A stretch of 63,136 bases of DNA, filler included, from Anaerolineae bacterium (GTDB lineage: Bacteria > Chloroflexota > Anaerolineae > B4-G1 > DUEL01): assembly GCA_041082215.1 (NCBI GenBank). It is 8 parts of 8 records of this genome, joined end to end, with 100 filler letters (N's around TTAATTAATTAA, not from the genome) between each part and the next. Parts side by side here need not be neighbours in the genome. Positions count along the whole stretch, not along the records: positions 6,820 to 29,231 come from JBDOIF010000061.1; 7 more parts are not named here. One strand, written 5' to 3'. A program made the translations under genes and the position numbers. The notes beneath the pieces were generated by a model. The model was given only the letters and a program-made list of their open reading frames with translations, was not told the origin of the DNA and did not search any database. This document shows, one piece after another, positions 7,061-17,127 of this stretch (its first letter is position 1; each line of letters opens with the position of its first letter).

Positions 7061-9905
7061 GGAAACGGTCATCCGCACCCTTCTCCCGCTTCCGGCGCAG
7101 GAGCCGCCCGGCAAGGGTCTCCCCCTCCGGCAGCGGGGCGGATGACTCCAACGGAGGGGATGGGGCTGCCGGCGGCTCCGCCGGTGTACGGGCTGCTTCG
7201 ACCGGAGGAAGGGACACAAGGGGAGTCCCCCGCTCCCGCACCCGCCCTTTGACCCGGAGAAGAGGGGCGGCAGGGGATGCCGCCTCGACGGCCGGACGGG
7301 CGATCTGCCGACCGATCTGCCCCCTCATCCATCCCCAGGCCCGCTCCACGTCCCGCCGCCCCCATGCCAGCCGCCGTACCGCCACATCCACCGGCCACAG
7401 CAGCGCCGCCAGCGTCAACAGCAGGGGAGCCAGGTCGCGGGCGACCCCCTCCCCCCGCAGGTCGTGGGCAAAGGCCTCCGCGGCATCCTCCAGAACCCGC
7501 CCACTCCCCGCCTCGGCCAGCCGGACCACTGCCCCAGGGTCCGCCTCCAGCGCGCGGTACTCCGGCGAGTACCCCAGCACCCAGCCGGCTGTCGTCCCCA
7601 CCCTCCCCCCATCCGGAAGACGGCCGTCCAGCCGGAGCAGATAGACCCCCTGCGCCCACGGCTCAAAGGTCCCCTCGTATCGGCCCGGGGCAACCTGGGA
7701 AAGCGCCACCTCACCGACCGCCCCCTCCGGCCCCACAACCCGCATCATTCCCTCCATCCCATTGATGAAGCGCCCATCCCTATCCAGTGCATCCACCATC
7801 ACGCGGGCCATCTCCCCCTCCAGCTCAACCTGCACCTCCAGCGGCAGGTCGGTTGGCTGGGCCAGGCTCCACCGGACCACCTGCGCCCAGAAGCGGCCAA
7901 ACCCCTCCCAGCCGACCCAGGGGGCAGCCCACCGACCCGTCGCGTCGGAGGTCCAGGCGACGGCCCGCCCCAGCCCGTACTGCCAGGCGGCCAGGAGCGG
8001 GTCATCCTGACCGGTTGTCAGGACTACCTGGGCGGCCGGCTTCGGCGTCGTCGCCACGTACCCCAGGAGGCGGGGGACCGCCTCGACCCCCTCCAGCATC
8101 GGGCTGGAAGCGGTCTGCCGGGGGAAGAAAGGCTCCTCGACGATGTAGGAGCGCATCGCCCGCTGGGTCTCTTCGGCAAAGATGGTGGGCAGATCGGCGG
8201 CCTGCCCGGTAAAATAGTACCGTCCTCCGCCCAGCCCGGCGATCTCCTCCAGGAAAGCCAGGTCCTGTCCTGCGCCGATGGCGACAGTGCTGAGGGTGAT
8301 CCCGCTCGCGGCGATCTCCTGTTTCACCAGCTCCGGCACGCCCATCTGATGCTCGGCGTCCGAGCCGTCGGCCAGGAGAAGGATGTGCCGCACGGTCCGG
8401 TCCGACCGCCGCAGGATATCCAGGGCGGCCTGGAGGGATTCGCGGACGTAGATGCCGCCCCCTCCGGCCTGGAGCCGGATCACGCGGTCAATGACCGCCT
8501 CCCGCTCGCTGCCCGGCAGCGGCCCGATGACGTCGGCCGGCCGGTCGTCGAAGGCGATGACGGTGATCTCGTCGGCGTCGTTGATCAGCTCGGCGACGCG
8601 GGCCGCGGCCTCCCCCGCCAGCCGGATCTTCTGTACCCCCCCCTCCATCACCCCCATACTGCCCGACTTGTCTATGATGACGACGATGGACATGGGTGGG
8701 AACCGGTCGGGGTCGTGGACGGCCATCTCCACCGGCAGCGTCTCCTCCAGCGGGGTGTCGTACCAGCCACCGACGCCATAGGCTTCCGGCCCGCCGACGG
8801 CCACCAGCCCTCCACCCAGGTCGCGCACGTAGGCCTGGAGGGCCGCCATCGCCCGGGGCGGAAGGGCCAGGGCCGGGGTATCCACCAGGACAACGGCGCC
8901 GTAGCCGGCCAGGTCCGCCGGATCGGAGGGCATGCGGGCGGGAGAAACCCCGCTGACCTCCATCCCGGCAGTCCGGAGCGCCTCCCCCAGGTAACGCGCG
9001 TCTGTTTCCTCCTCTGCGACGACCAGGACACGGGGCGGTCCCTCGACACGGGTGAAGGCGGCCAGCTCGTTGTTCTGCGGATAGGTGTCGCTGGCGGGGG
9101 TGAGGAGGACACGGTAGGTCAGGAACCCCGACCCCTGGGCGACCATCGGAGCGGCGAAGCGGTTGGAGCCGGGGGCCAGATGGACCTCCTGCCGGGCCAC
9201 CACCCGGTTGCCGGAAAGGACGGTAAGGATCGCCTCAGTGGGGCCGGTACTGTGGACGGTGACCTCCAGGGTAAAGGACTCGCCGGGATAGAGGCGGGAC
9301 GGCAACTCCACCCTGTCCAGCCAGGCCTCGACGGGGACCGCCTGGCCGAGGTCCACCAGGTCCACCTCGACCCCCTGGGCGTGCGCGACGCGGAGGGCAG
9401 CCTCCGCATCGCCGACAGTGGGCCGGCCGTCGGTGAGGATGACCATCCGACGGGCTGCCCCCTGAGAAAAGAGGGCCATCCCCAGCCGGACCGCCGCCGC
9501 CAGGTCGGTCTGGTGGGTGTGGGGGACGGAGGCAACCTCGTCCAGGTTCCGGTCGGAAGACAGGGGGCGCTCCACCAGCGCGTCTGCCCCAAAGACGACG
9601 ACGGCTGCCCGGTCGTCCGGCCCCATCGCCGCCAGCGAATCCCGGACAAAACCCCAGGCCTGTGCTTGCCGGTCCGGAGGGACGCTGTCGGACAGGTCCA
9701 CCAGGAAGACAACGGCCAGCTCATCCCCTCCGTGGACGGTCCGGAATCCGGCCAGGCTGAGGACGATCAGCGTCATGATCAGACAACGGACCCCCAGCGC
9801 AGCCCACGCCCGTCCCCGCCCATACCGTCCCCCCGGCCAGCCCACCCACATGGCGGCGGGGAGGGCAATAAGGAGCAGCAGCAGATAAGGGCGGGTAAAC
9901 GTCAT
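7056..9905 (-). CDS. Membrane protein with two vWA domains and a glutamine amidotransferase-like (GATase1-like) domain
   Basis: MIDAS DLSDS and DKSGS; 'GGGLVAVGGPEAYGVGG..TPLEETLPV'; 'AAWQYGLGRAVAWTSD'; start MTFTRP overlapping upstream stop. Confidence 0.85.
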   Translation of the reverse strand: MTFTRPYLLLLLIALPAAMWVGWPGGRYGRGRAWAALGVRCLIMTLIVLSLAGFRTVHGGDELAVVFLVDLSDSVPPDRQAQAWGFVRDSLAAMGPDDRAAVVVFGADALVERPLSSDRNLDEVASVPHTHQTDLAAAVRLGMALFSQGAARRMVILTDGRPTVGDAEAALRVAHAQGVEVDLVDLGQAVPVEAWLDRVELPSRLYPGESFTLEVTVHSTGPTEAILTVLSGNRVVARQEVHLAPGSNRFAAPMVAQGSGFLTYRVLLTPASDTYPQNNELAAFTRVEGPPRVLVVAEEETDARYLGEALRTAGMEVSGVSPARMPSDPADLAGYGAVVLVDTPALALPPRAMAALQAYVRDLGGGLVAVGGPEAYGVGGWYDTPLEETLPVEMAVHDPDRFPPMSIVVIIDKSGSMGVMEGGVQKIRLAGEAAARVAELINDADEITVIAFDDRPADVIGPLPGSEREAVIDRVIRLQAGGGGIYVRESLQAALDILRRSDRTVRHILLLADGSDAEHQMGVPELVKQEIAASGITLSTVAIGAGQDLAFLEEIAGLGGGRYYFTGQAADLPTIFAEETQRAMRSYIVEEPFFPRQTASSPMLEGVEAVPRLLGYVATTPKPAAQVVLTTGQDDPLLAAWQYGLGRAVAWTSDATGRWAAPWVGWEGFGRFWAQVVRWSLAQPTDLPLEVQVELEGEMARVMVDALDRDGRFINGMEGMMRVVGPEGAVGEVALSQVAPGRYEGTFEPWAQGVYLLRLDGRLPDGGRVGTTAGWVLGYSPEYRALEADPGAVVRLAEAGSGRVLEDAAEAFAHDLRGEGVARDLAPLLLTLAALLWPVDVAVRRLAWGRRDVERAWGWMRGQIGRQIARPAVEAASPAAPLLRVKGRVRERGTPLVSLPPVEAARTPAEPPAAPSPPLESSAPLPEGETLAGRLLRRKREKGADDRFP

Positions 9906-11698
9906 CTCCTCCCCCTCCGCTCCACCCACCACTCCGCCCCCATCACACCCAGCGTGGCCGCAGCCAGCCAGATCCACAGTTCGCGGCGCCCCTCCGACGT
10001 GCCCGCCCCTGCCCTCACCTCCACCGATCCCACCACCACCTGCTCCCGTGGCCCGATGTCCGACTCCGCCGCGTCGAACAGGTTGACGGCGAAGAGGTCG
10101 GAGCGAAGAAGCCTGCCGTCGGCGTCCAGATGGCGGAGCTGATACACTCCCAGCCGGTCGGCGGGGTCGGAGGGGGACCGCAGCTCCCCATCCGGCCCGA
10201 TGACCTCCACCCGTGCCGCTTCCGGCGCCGGGCGGATCGGGAGGGGGGCGCCGGGGTGGAGGGCGGCCGACTCTGCCAGCCCTCCGGCCGGGAGGAGCCA
10301 GCCGGTCAGGTTGGCCACCAGGATGGGGAAGGCCAGCCGCAACGGGAGGTCGGAATCGTGCAGGTCGAAGGCAAGCACCGCCAGCCGTCCCTCCGGCCGT
10401 TCGGCGACGAACAGCAGCGGCCCGCCCGCCGCCTCCACCAGCACCCGCGCCTCCGGCGGGGGTTCGACCCGCCAGGCCCGCAGGACGTGCACCTCGTCCC
10501 AGTCCACATAACGGAGGAGCGGGTCATCGGCCGCCAGGCGCACGGTCTGCGTATCCGTAAAGACCCCGCCCGTCCCTCCGTAGGGGCCGACGATCCACAG
10601 GTTGCCGGCCGGGAGGGTGGTTGTGATGGGGCCGTCAACGACCAGCAGGTCATAAGGCTCCTGGGGGAGCGGCCCGCCCGGCGGCAGGCGGGTCAGTTCC
10701 ACCCCGGGCAGGATCGCCAGCGCGCGTTCAAGGAAGAGATTGCCCGGAGTGACCAGCAGCACCCGCCGCCCCCCACCTGCCCGCACCGCCCAGGCCGCGT
10801 CGTCCAGCGACAGGGGGTCTTCCGTCTCCAGTTGCGCCTCCAGCAGTTGCAGATCGTAGGGCAGGTCGTCCAGGACCAGGGTGGCAGTGCCGCGCGGGGG
10901 GAGGGAGAGGGAACGCACATCCAAGGGGGCGCCGTCGGCCCGGAGGGCGACGCGCGTCTCCACCGGCCCCTGCCCGAAGTTGCCGACGCGCAGGAGCGCC
11001 TGGAGGCCGGTCGGTCCTTCCCGCATGGCCAGGGCCAGGACGGCCAGGTTATCCCCCCGCTCCCCGACGCGGACGAAGCGGACCTTTCCCGGCAGCGGCG
11101 GCAGGTTCCCGGACACGGCCCCGTCCGACAGGAACACAAAGCTGCGCTCTCCATCCCCAGCGGCGAGGGCGGATGCCAGGGCGCAGGCGGCCTCCCAGTC
11201 GGCGGGGCCGTCGGCAGGTTGGGCCGCTTCCAGGGCACGGCGGAGGGCCGCCCGGTCCTCCGTAGGGGCGACCAGGACGCGGGGCTGCGGTCCGACCAGC
11301 ACCACCGTCGCCGCATCCCCCGGCCCCAACCCCTCCACCAGGTCCAGCGCCATCCGTCGGGCCGCCTCGAAGCGGTTCGGGGGGACGTCGGCCGCCTGCA
11401 TGCTGGCGGAGCCGTCCAGCAGGATGACGACGCTCCCCTCGGAGAGGACGGGGCGGGTTACAAAGGGGCGGGCCAGGGCCAGGACGAGCAGGGCCAGGGC
11501 GAGCAACTGGAGAAAGAGGAGCAGGTTCCGGCGGAGCCGCTGCCAGGGGGTATTCGCCTCCCGGTCACGCAGCAGCCGCTGCCAGAGAAACGTGCTGGAA
11601 ACCCAAACCTCCCGCCGTCGGAGCCTTAACATATACAGCAGGAGGATGGGGAGGGCCAGCAACGCAAAGATAAAGGCAGGTACGTTCAGGAAGCCCAT
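9902..11698 (-). CDS. BatA N-terminal / vWA domain protein
   Basis: BatA-like 'LPILLLYMLRLRR..VSSTFLW..LLLFLQLL..LALARP'; MIDAS DGSASM; C-terminal TM ending EWW. Confidence 0.88.
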   Translation of the reverse strand: MGFLNVPAFIFALLALPILLLYMLRLRRREVWVSSTFLWQRLLRDREANTPWQRLRRNLLLFLQLLALALLVLALARPFVTRPVLSEGSVVILLDGSASMQAADVPPNRFEAARRMALDLVEGLGPGDAATVVLVGPQPRVLVAPTEDRAALRRALEAAQPADGPADWEAACALASALAAGDGERSFVFLSDGAVSGNLPPLPGKVRFVRVGERGDNLAVLALAMREGPTGLQALLRVGNFGQGPVETRVALRADGAPLDVRSLSLPPRGTATLVLDDLPYDLQLLEAQLETEDPLSLDDAAWAVRAGGGRRVLLVTPGNLFLERALAILPGVELTRLPPGGPLPQEPYDLLVVDGPITTTLPAGNLWIVGPYGGTGGVFTDTQTVRLAADDPLLRYVDWDEVHVLRAWRVEPPPEARVLVEAAGGPLLFVAERPEGRLAVLAFDLHDSDLPLRLAFPILVANLTGWLLPAGGLAESAALHPGAPLPIRPAPEAARVEVIGPDGELRSPSDPADRLGVYQLRHLDADGRLLRSDLFAVNLFDAAESDIGPREQVVVGSVEVRAGAGTSEGRRELWIWLAAATLGVMGAEWWVERRGRR

Positions 11699-11744
11699 TG
11701 TGGGTAAACGAGTGTGCGAGTGGGCGAGTATGCGAGTGGGCGGG

Positions 11745-12647
11745 TCAGTGGAGCAAGCGGGCGCGGCGGAGGTCGTAGAAGAGGGCACGGTCCAGGGGTG
11801 TGGCGGTGGAAAGGGGGATGTAGAGGGCATCGCGGGCGCGACAGGCGGCGCGGACTTCCTCCCGCCAGGCTGCCAGCCGCTGCCGGTACAGGAGCCGCAT
11901 TCCGCCGTCCACTGTCACCTCCTCGGCCGCCCCCGTCTCCACATCCACCAGCCGCAGATCGCCCGCCAGGGGCGGGTCCTCCTCATCGGGGGCTAACAGG
12001 TGGATGAGGGCCACCTCATGGCCCCGGGCCGCCAGCGCCGTCAGTCCATCGGCGATGCCAGTGGGGGAGAACAGGTCGGAGATCAACGCCACCAGTCCAG
12101 GCCGCCCCTTCATCAGAGCATAGGTTCGCAGCGCGCGATTCAGGTCGGTGGTTCCCCCTGTCCCCAAACCCTCCAGCCATCCGAACAGCCGGAGGGCCTG
12201 GCTCTGCCCTCGCACCGGCCCGAACGCCGCGACGACATCCCCTCCACGCAACGTCGCCACCTGTAGCCGATCCCCTCCGATCAGGGCCACATATCCCAGC
12301 GCAGCAGCCAGCGCCCTCGCATACGCCCATTTATCCATCTGCCTATCTATCCCTGTCCTCTCCTCCCCCGCCCACCCCATTGACCCGCTGCCATCCAGAA
12401 GCACGTGCACCGCCAGGTCCTCTTCCTCCTCGAACAGCTTCACGAAGGGCCGCTCCAGCCGCGCGTAAATATTCCAGTCCACCCTCCGCAGGTCATCTCC
12501 CCGGGCGTACTCCCGATAGTCGGCAAACTCCACCGACGTCCCCCGTTTGGTGGAACGCCGCTCCCCCTGGACCTGTCCGCGGCGGGGGTGGCGTGTGTGG
12601 AAGGTCAGAGGGGCAAGGCGGGCCAGCAGGCCGCTCTCCAGGAACAT
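11745..12647 (-). CDS. DUF58 domain protein
   Basis: 'EFADYREYARGDDLRRVDWN' signature; downstream of MoxR. Confidence 0.93.
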   Translation of the reverse strand: MFLESGLLARLAPLTFHTRHPRRGQVQGERRSTKRGTSVEFADYREYARGDDLRRVDWNIYARLERPFVKLFEEEEDLAVHVLLDGSGSMGWAGEERTGIDRQMDKWAYARALAAALGYVALIGGDRLQVATLRGGDVVAAFGPVRGQSQALRLFGWLEGLGTGGTTDLNRALRTYALMKGRPGLVALISDLFSPTGIADGLTALAARGHEVALIHLLAPDEEDPPLAGDLRLVDVETGAAEEVTVDGGMRLLYRQRLAAWREEVRAACRARDALYIPLSTATPLDRALFYDLRRARLLH

Positions 12648-12649
12648 CG

Positions 12650-13633
<984 letters not shown>

Positions 13634-13668
13634 AGCACTCTCCTCCCGGGTCGGTTAGCAAACCCGAC

Positions 13669-15231
13669 CTACGGTTCGAGTGAGGTGAAGTAATCACGGA
13701 CATACTGCTTGATCCCCAGGGGGATATATCGGCTCTCCAGTGCGGCGTGGGCCTGGGCGGCGTAGTCGGCATAGACCTCCCGGTAGGGAACGGTTGCCTG
13801 GCCGGCTGTGGCGGGAAGGGGCTGGCTGCCCAGCGGGGGTCCTCCCTCCCCCTCGCGGCCCAGGTTCAGCGGCGCCCCTCCTTCCTCCAGCCGATAGGGG
13901 ACGAACACCTCATCGTAGGGAGCGCCGGTCCCGGCATCCTCGTGGTGCCCCGACATCCCCTGTGACGCGGGGCCGGCCTGTCCACCTCCTGCCTGCTCCT
14001 GTCCGGTCTGGCCGCGTCCTCCCTGCCCGCTCTGCTGCGCTGCCCCCTGCCCCCCTCCCGTTCCGGCTCCCCCTCCTCCTGCTCCCGCCGCCTGGGCGAT
14101 CCCCCCACGTCCCTCCTGCAGGGCCGCCAGTGCCCGTTCCACCTCCTCCTGGCGTTCGACCCGTGCCCCGGCCTCTGCCATTTGCTGCGCCGCCTGCGCG
14201 ATCCTCTGGCGGGCCTCGCGGATATCCCCCCGCTCAATGGCCTGCGCCGCCTCTGTCAGATGTCGGGCCAGTTCCGGATCACCTTCTCCCAGTGCCGCTG
14301 CCGCTTCCGCCAACTGCCGGGCCAGTTCCAGCTCCTCCTCCCGACTCAACGCCTCCCCCAGATCGGAGGCGTAGGCGGCCAGCGCCTCCGCTGCCCCCCT
14401 GTAGTCCCCCCTGGCCAGTGCCTCGGCGATCTCCCGCGTGAGGTCAGAATCGGCCATTGCCCGGGCGGCCCGGTCCAGCCCCTCCCGCACCGCCGCAGCG
14501 CCGGGGTCCTGGAGGGGGGCCAGTTGCCGTTCCGCCTCAGCCAGCGCCGCCACCGCCTCCTCCGGCGATGTTCGCCCCTTCTCCAATGCGGCGATGGCCT
14601 CCTCCAGCGCGCGGAGGATCGCTTCCCGGTCCGCCTCGGTCAGCCCCTCGGCCTGGGCCACCGCCTCCCGCCGGGCCTCCAGCGCCTCGATCTGCTCCTC
14701 CACGGCGGCACGGACGGCAGCTCGCCGGGCCAGAACCCCCTCCTGGGGGTTGGGGAGCAAGAGGAAAAGGACCAGCGCGGCAGCAAGCCCGGTCAGCGCA
14801 ACCAGCCCCCGGCGGGGTGGCCGGATGGGCAGGGCAGCGTCCACATCCACCTGCGCCACGGCCTCCAGCGTCTCCTGTAGCTGGGCAGCGGCCATCGCGG
14901 GGACGACCCGCAGCCGGCCCTGGCCGATCTCCACCGCCGTGGTCAACCGCTCCGCCAGGGCAAGCCGCCGGTCGAGGGTGCGGGCCAGCTTGTGGAGCGT
15001 GCGGGGTCGGGCCAGCGCGGCCAGCGTCCCCCCCACGGCCCCAAGCGCCGCTCCGGTCAGCGCCGCCACCGCCAGCCAGCGGGCAGGGAGGAGGGGCCAC
15101 AGCCGGGCCGCCAGCGATAGCGCCGTCGCCAGCGCCAGCCCACCGACCGCCCCCCACGTCCCCCAGACCGTCCCCTCCAGCCAGCGCAGCCGCCAGCCCC
15201 AACGGCGTATGATCCCCTCCAGCCGCCCCAT
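13669..15231 (-). CDS. Membrane-anchored coiled-coil protein with Gly-rich region (MoxR-operon associated)
   Basis: 3 TMs, long A/E-rich helix, G/Q-rich linker, C-terminal 'IPLGIKQYVRDYF'; alternative GTG start at 15249. Confidence 0.8.
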   Translation of the reverse strand: MGRLEGIIRRWGWRLRWLEGTVWGTWGAVGGLALATALSLAARLWPLLPARWLAVAALTGAALGAVGGTLAALARPRTLHKLARTLDRRLALAERLTTAVEIGQGRLRVVPAMAAAQLQETLEAVAQVDVDAALPIRPPRRGLVALTGLAAALVLFLLLPNPQEGVLARRAAVRAAVEEQIEALEARREAVAQAEGLTEADREAILRALEEAIAALEKGRTSPEEAVAALAEAERQLAPLQDPGAAAVREGLDRAARAMADSDLTREIAEALARGDYRGAAEALAAYASDLGEALSREEELELARQLAEAAAALGEGDPELARHLTEAAQAIERGDIREARQRIAQAAQQMAEAGARVERQEEVERALAALQEGRGGIAQAAGAGGGGAGTGGGQGAAQQSGQGGRGQTGQEQAGGGQAGPASQGMSGHHEDAGTGAPYDEVFVPYRLEEGGAPLNLGREGEGGPPLGSQPLPATAGQATVPYREVYADYAAQAHAALESRYIPLGIKQYVRDYFTSLEP

Positions 15232-15245
15232 CCCCCACTCCCCGG

Positions 15246-16172
15246 TCACTGCGACTCCCGCCTCCGCACCCGGCGGACAGTCAACACAACCAGTACCACG
15301 CTGACCACCAGATAGAATACGGTGTAGACAATCCACCCGGATGGCAACCACAAAGAGCGATAGCCCAGAGAGAAACGCATAAACCAGACAGACCGATCGT
15401 TCACCAGCGCCGTTTCGGTGAGGACCGCAGCAGTGATGGGGTTAAGCCCCAGCAGGAAGTAGAAGAGATACGTGAGGACGATCTCGAACCAAGAAGGCAC
15501 CGATGCTGAACTCAGGGGAAGGAACACAGACGTTCCGACCACCGTCACGATTCCCAAAAGCAGTGGCATCCCCACCGTCATCACCAGCACGGCGGCGTAG
15601 GTGATCACAGTGGCGGTGAGGGTCGTGCGGGTGAGGGAGGAGACAAACAGGCCCAGGGCAGCTACAGTAAAGGCAGTCACGACAAGGATCACCAGGGCCA
15701 GCAGCAGCTCCTCCGCCTCCACCCCTCCCAGTACAAAGGCCAGGCTTTCCAGAGGGATAGCGACCAGGATGAGGAGAAGCATATAGGTGAGCGCGGCGCC
15801 GAGCTTGCCCAGGACCAGGCGACGGGCCGGGAGGAGGGTCGTGCGCAACAACTCGTAGGTTTTCCGCTCCCGCTCGCCGCTGATCGCGCCGGCAGCGAGG
15901 GCGGGGGTGAGAAAAGCGACCAGGGCGATTTCCAGAAGGACAACGGTGGAGAAGAGCGTCTTTCCGGCGTAAGCCATCGCCCCCACACTGCCAGGGGTCG
16001 AGGCCGTCTTGCTGTAGGCAGCGTAGACGACGCTGGTAAAGCAGGTCATAATCCCCAGATAGACGGTGAGCATCACAAAGGCCCGTGCTCCCCGTACCTG
16101 CCCGCGCAGCTCTTTCACCAGCACCGGATTGAATTCTCCGGGCTTCCTCCACCGCAGACCCTTTACCTTCAT
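15246..16172 (-). CDS. ABC-2 type transporter permease
   Basis: NPVLVKELR; 'AGAISGERERKTYELLRTT'; multiple TMs. Confidence 0.9.
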   Translation of the reverse strand: MKVKGLRWRKPGEFNPVLVKELRGQVRGARAFVMLTVYLGIMTCFTSVVYAAYSKTASTPGSVGAMAYAGKTLFSTVVLLEIALVAFLTPALAAGAISGERERKTYELLRTTLLPARRLVLGKLGAALTYMLLLILVAIPLESLAFVLGGVEAEELLLALVILVVTAFTVAALGLFVSSLTRTTLTATVITYAAVLVMTVGMPLLLGIVTVVGTSVFLPLSSASVPSWFEIVLTYLFYFLLGLNPITAAVLTETALVNDRSVWFMRFSLGYRSLWLPSGWIVYTVFYLVVSVVLVVLTVRRVRRRESQ

Positions 16173-16182
16173 CCGCCCTCCC

Positions 16183-17127
16183 TTAGGATACAACCCCCTT
16201 CGTCAACCGCAGGAACATGCCCTCCAGATTCTCCTCCTCTTCGTGGAACCGGATGACCGCGAAGCCGGCTGCCGTCATCGCGGCCAGCAGACCGGCCAGC
16301 GCGCTGTCGTCGCCGGAAAAGACCACCCGCAGGTCCCCGTTTCCCCCCACCGTCAGCACCTCCTGGACCCCCTGCTGGCCTGCGAGCCACTCCTGCGCCC
16401 TCTCCGTCCGGCCATCTGCCAGGCCGATCCGGACCAGCCGGTAGGGTTGGAGCAGCCGCCGCATCTCCGTAAGCGGGCCGCTGACCACGAGCCGGCCTGC
16501 TTCGATGATGCCGACGTGGGTGCAGACCTCCTCGATTTCGGAGAGGATGTGGGAAGAGACGAAGATCGTCTTCCCCATCGCCCGCAACTCCCGGATCAGT
16601 TCCCGCATCTCCACCCGCGCCCGGGGGTCAAGCCCGGAGGCCGGCTCGTCGAGGATGAGGACATAGGGATCGTGGACCAGGGCACGGGCCAGGCAGAGCC
16701 GTTGCTTCATACCGCGCGAAAGGGAGTCCACATAGTCCTCCCGGCGATGGCCCAGTTCCACCAGCTCCAGCAGGTCGTCCACCAGGCGGCTGCGGACGGC
16801 GGGGGGGATCTCATAGCAGGCAGCGAAGAAATCCAGGTATTCCTCCACCCGCATCTCGCCGTAGAAGCCGAAGAAGTCGGGCATATAGCCGATAGCCTTC
16901 CGCACCGCCCGAGGGTCTTTCAGCACCGAATGGCCCGCCACCCAGGCCTCCCCTGCCGTAGGCTCAAGGAGCGTCGCCAGCATGCGCATCGTCGTCGTCT
17001 TGCCCGCCCCGTTGGGGCCGACAAAGCCGTAAACCGTTCCCTCCTCGACGGTCAGGTCCAGCTCGGCCACGGCCAGCCGCTGCCCGTACCGCTTGGTCAA
17101 TCCCCTTGTCTCAATGACCGCCGCCAT
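16183..17127 (-). CDS. ABC transporter ATP-binding protein
   Basis: GPNGAGKTT; LSRGMKQR; LILDEP; SSH. Confidence 0.96.
   Translation of the reverse strand: MAAVIETRGLTKRYGQRLAVAELDLTVEEGTVYGFVGPNGAGKTTTMRMLATLLEPTAGEAWVAGHSVLKDPRAVRKAIGYMPDFFGFYGEMRVEEYLDFFAACYEIPPAVRSRLVDDLLELVELGHRREDYVDSLSRGMKQRLCLARALVHDPYVLILDEPASGLDPRARVEMRELIRELRAMGKTIFVSSHILSEIEEVCTHVGIIEAGRLVVSGPLTEMRRLLQPYRLVRIGLADGRTERAQEWLAGQQGVQEVLTVGGNGDLRVVFSGDDSALAGLLAAMTAAGFAVIRFHEEEENLEGMFLRLTKGVVS

Noticed and set aside
7464..10142. Long opposite-strand or alternate-frame ORFs (e.g. 892 aa here; also 1017-2918, 60884-63025)
   Set aside because: Shadow ORFs of well-supported genes in high-GC DNA; no motifs
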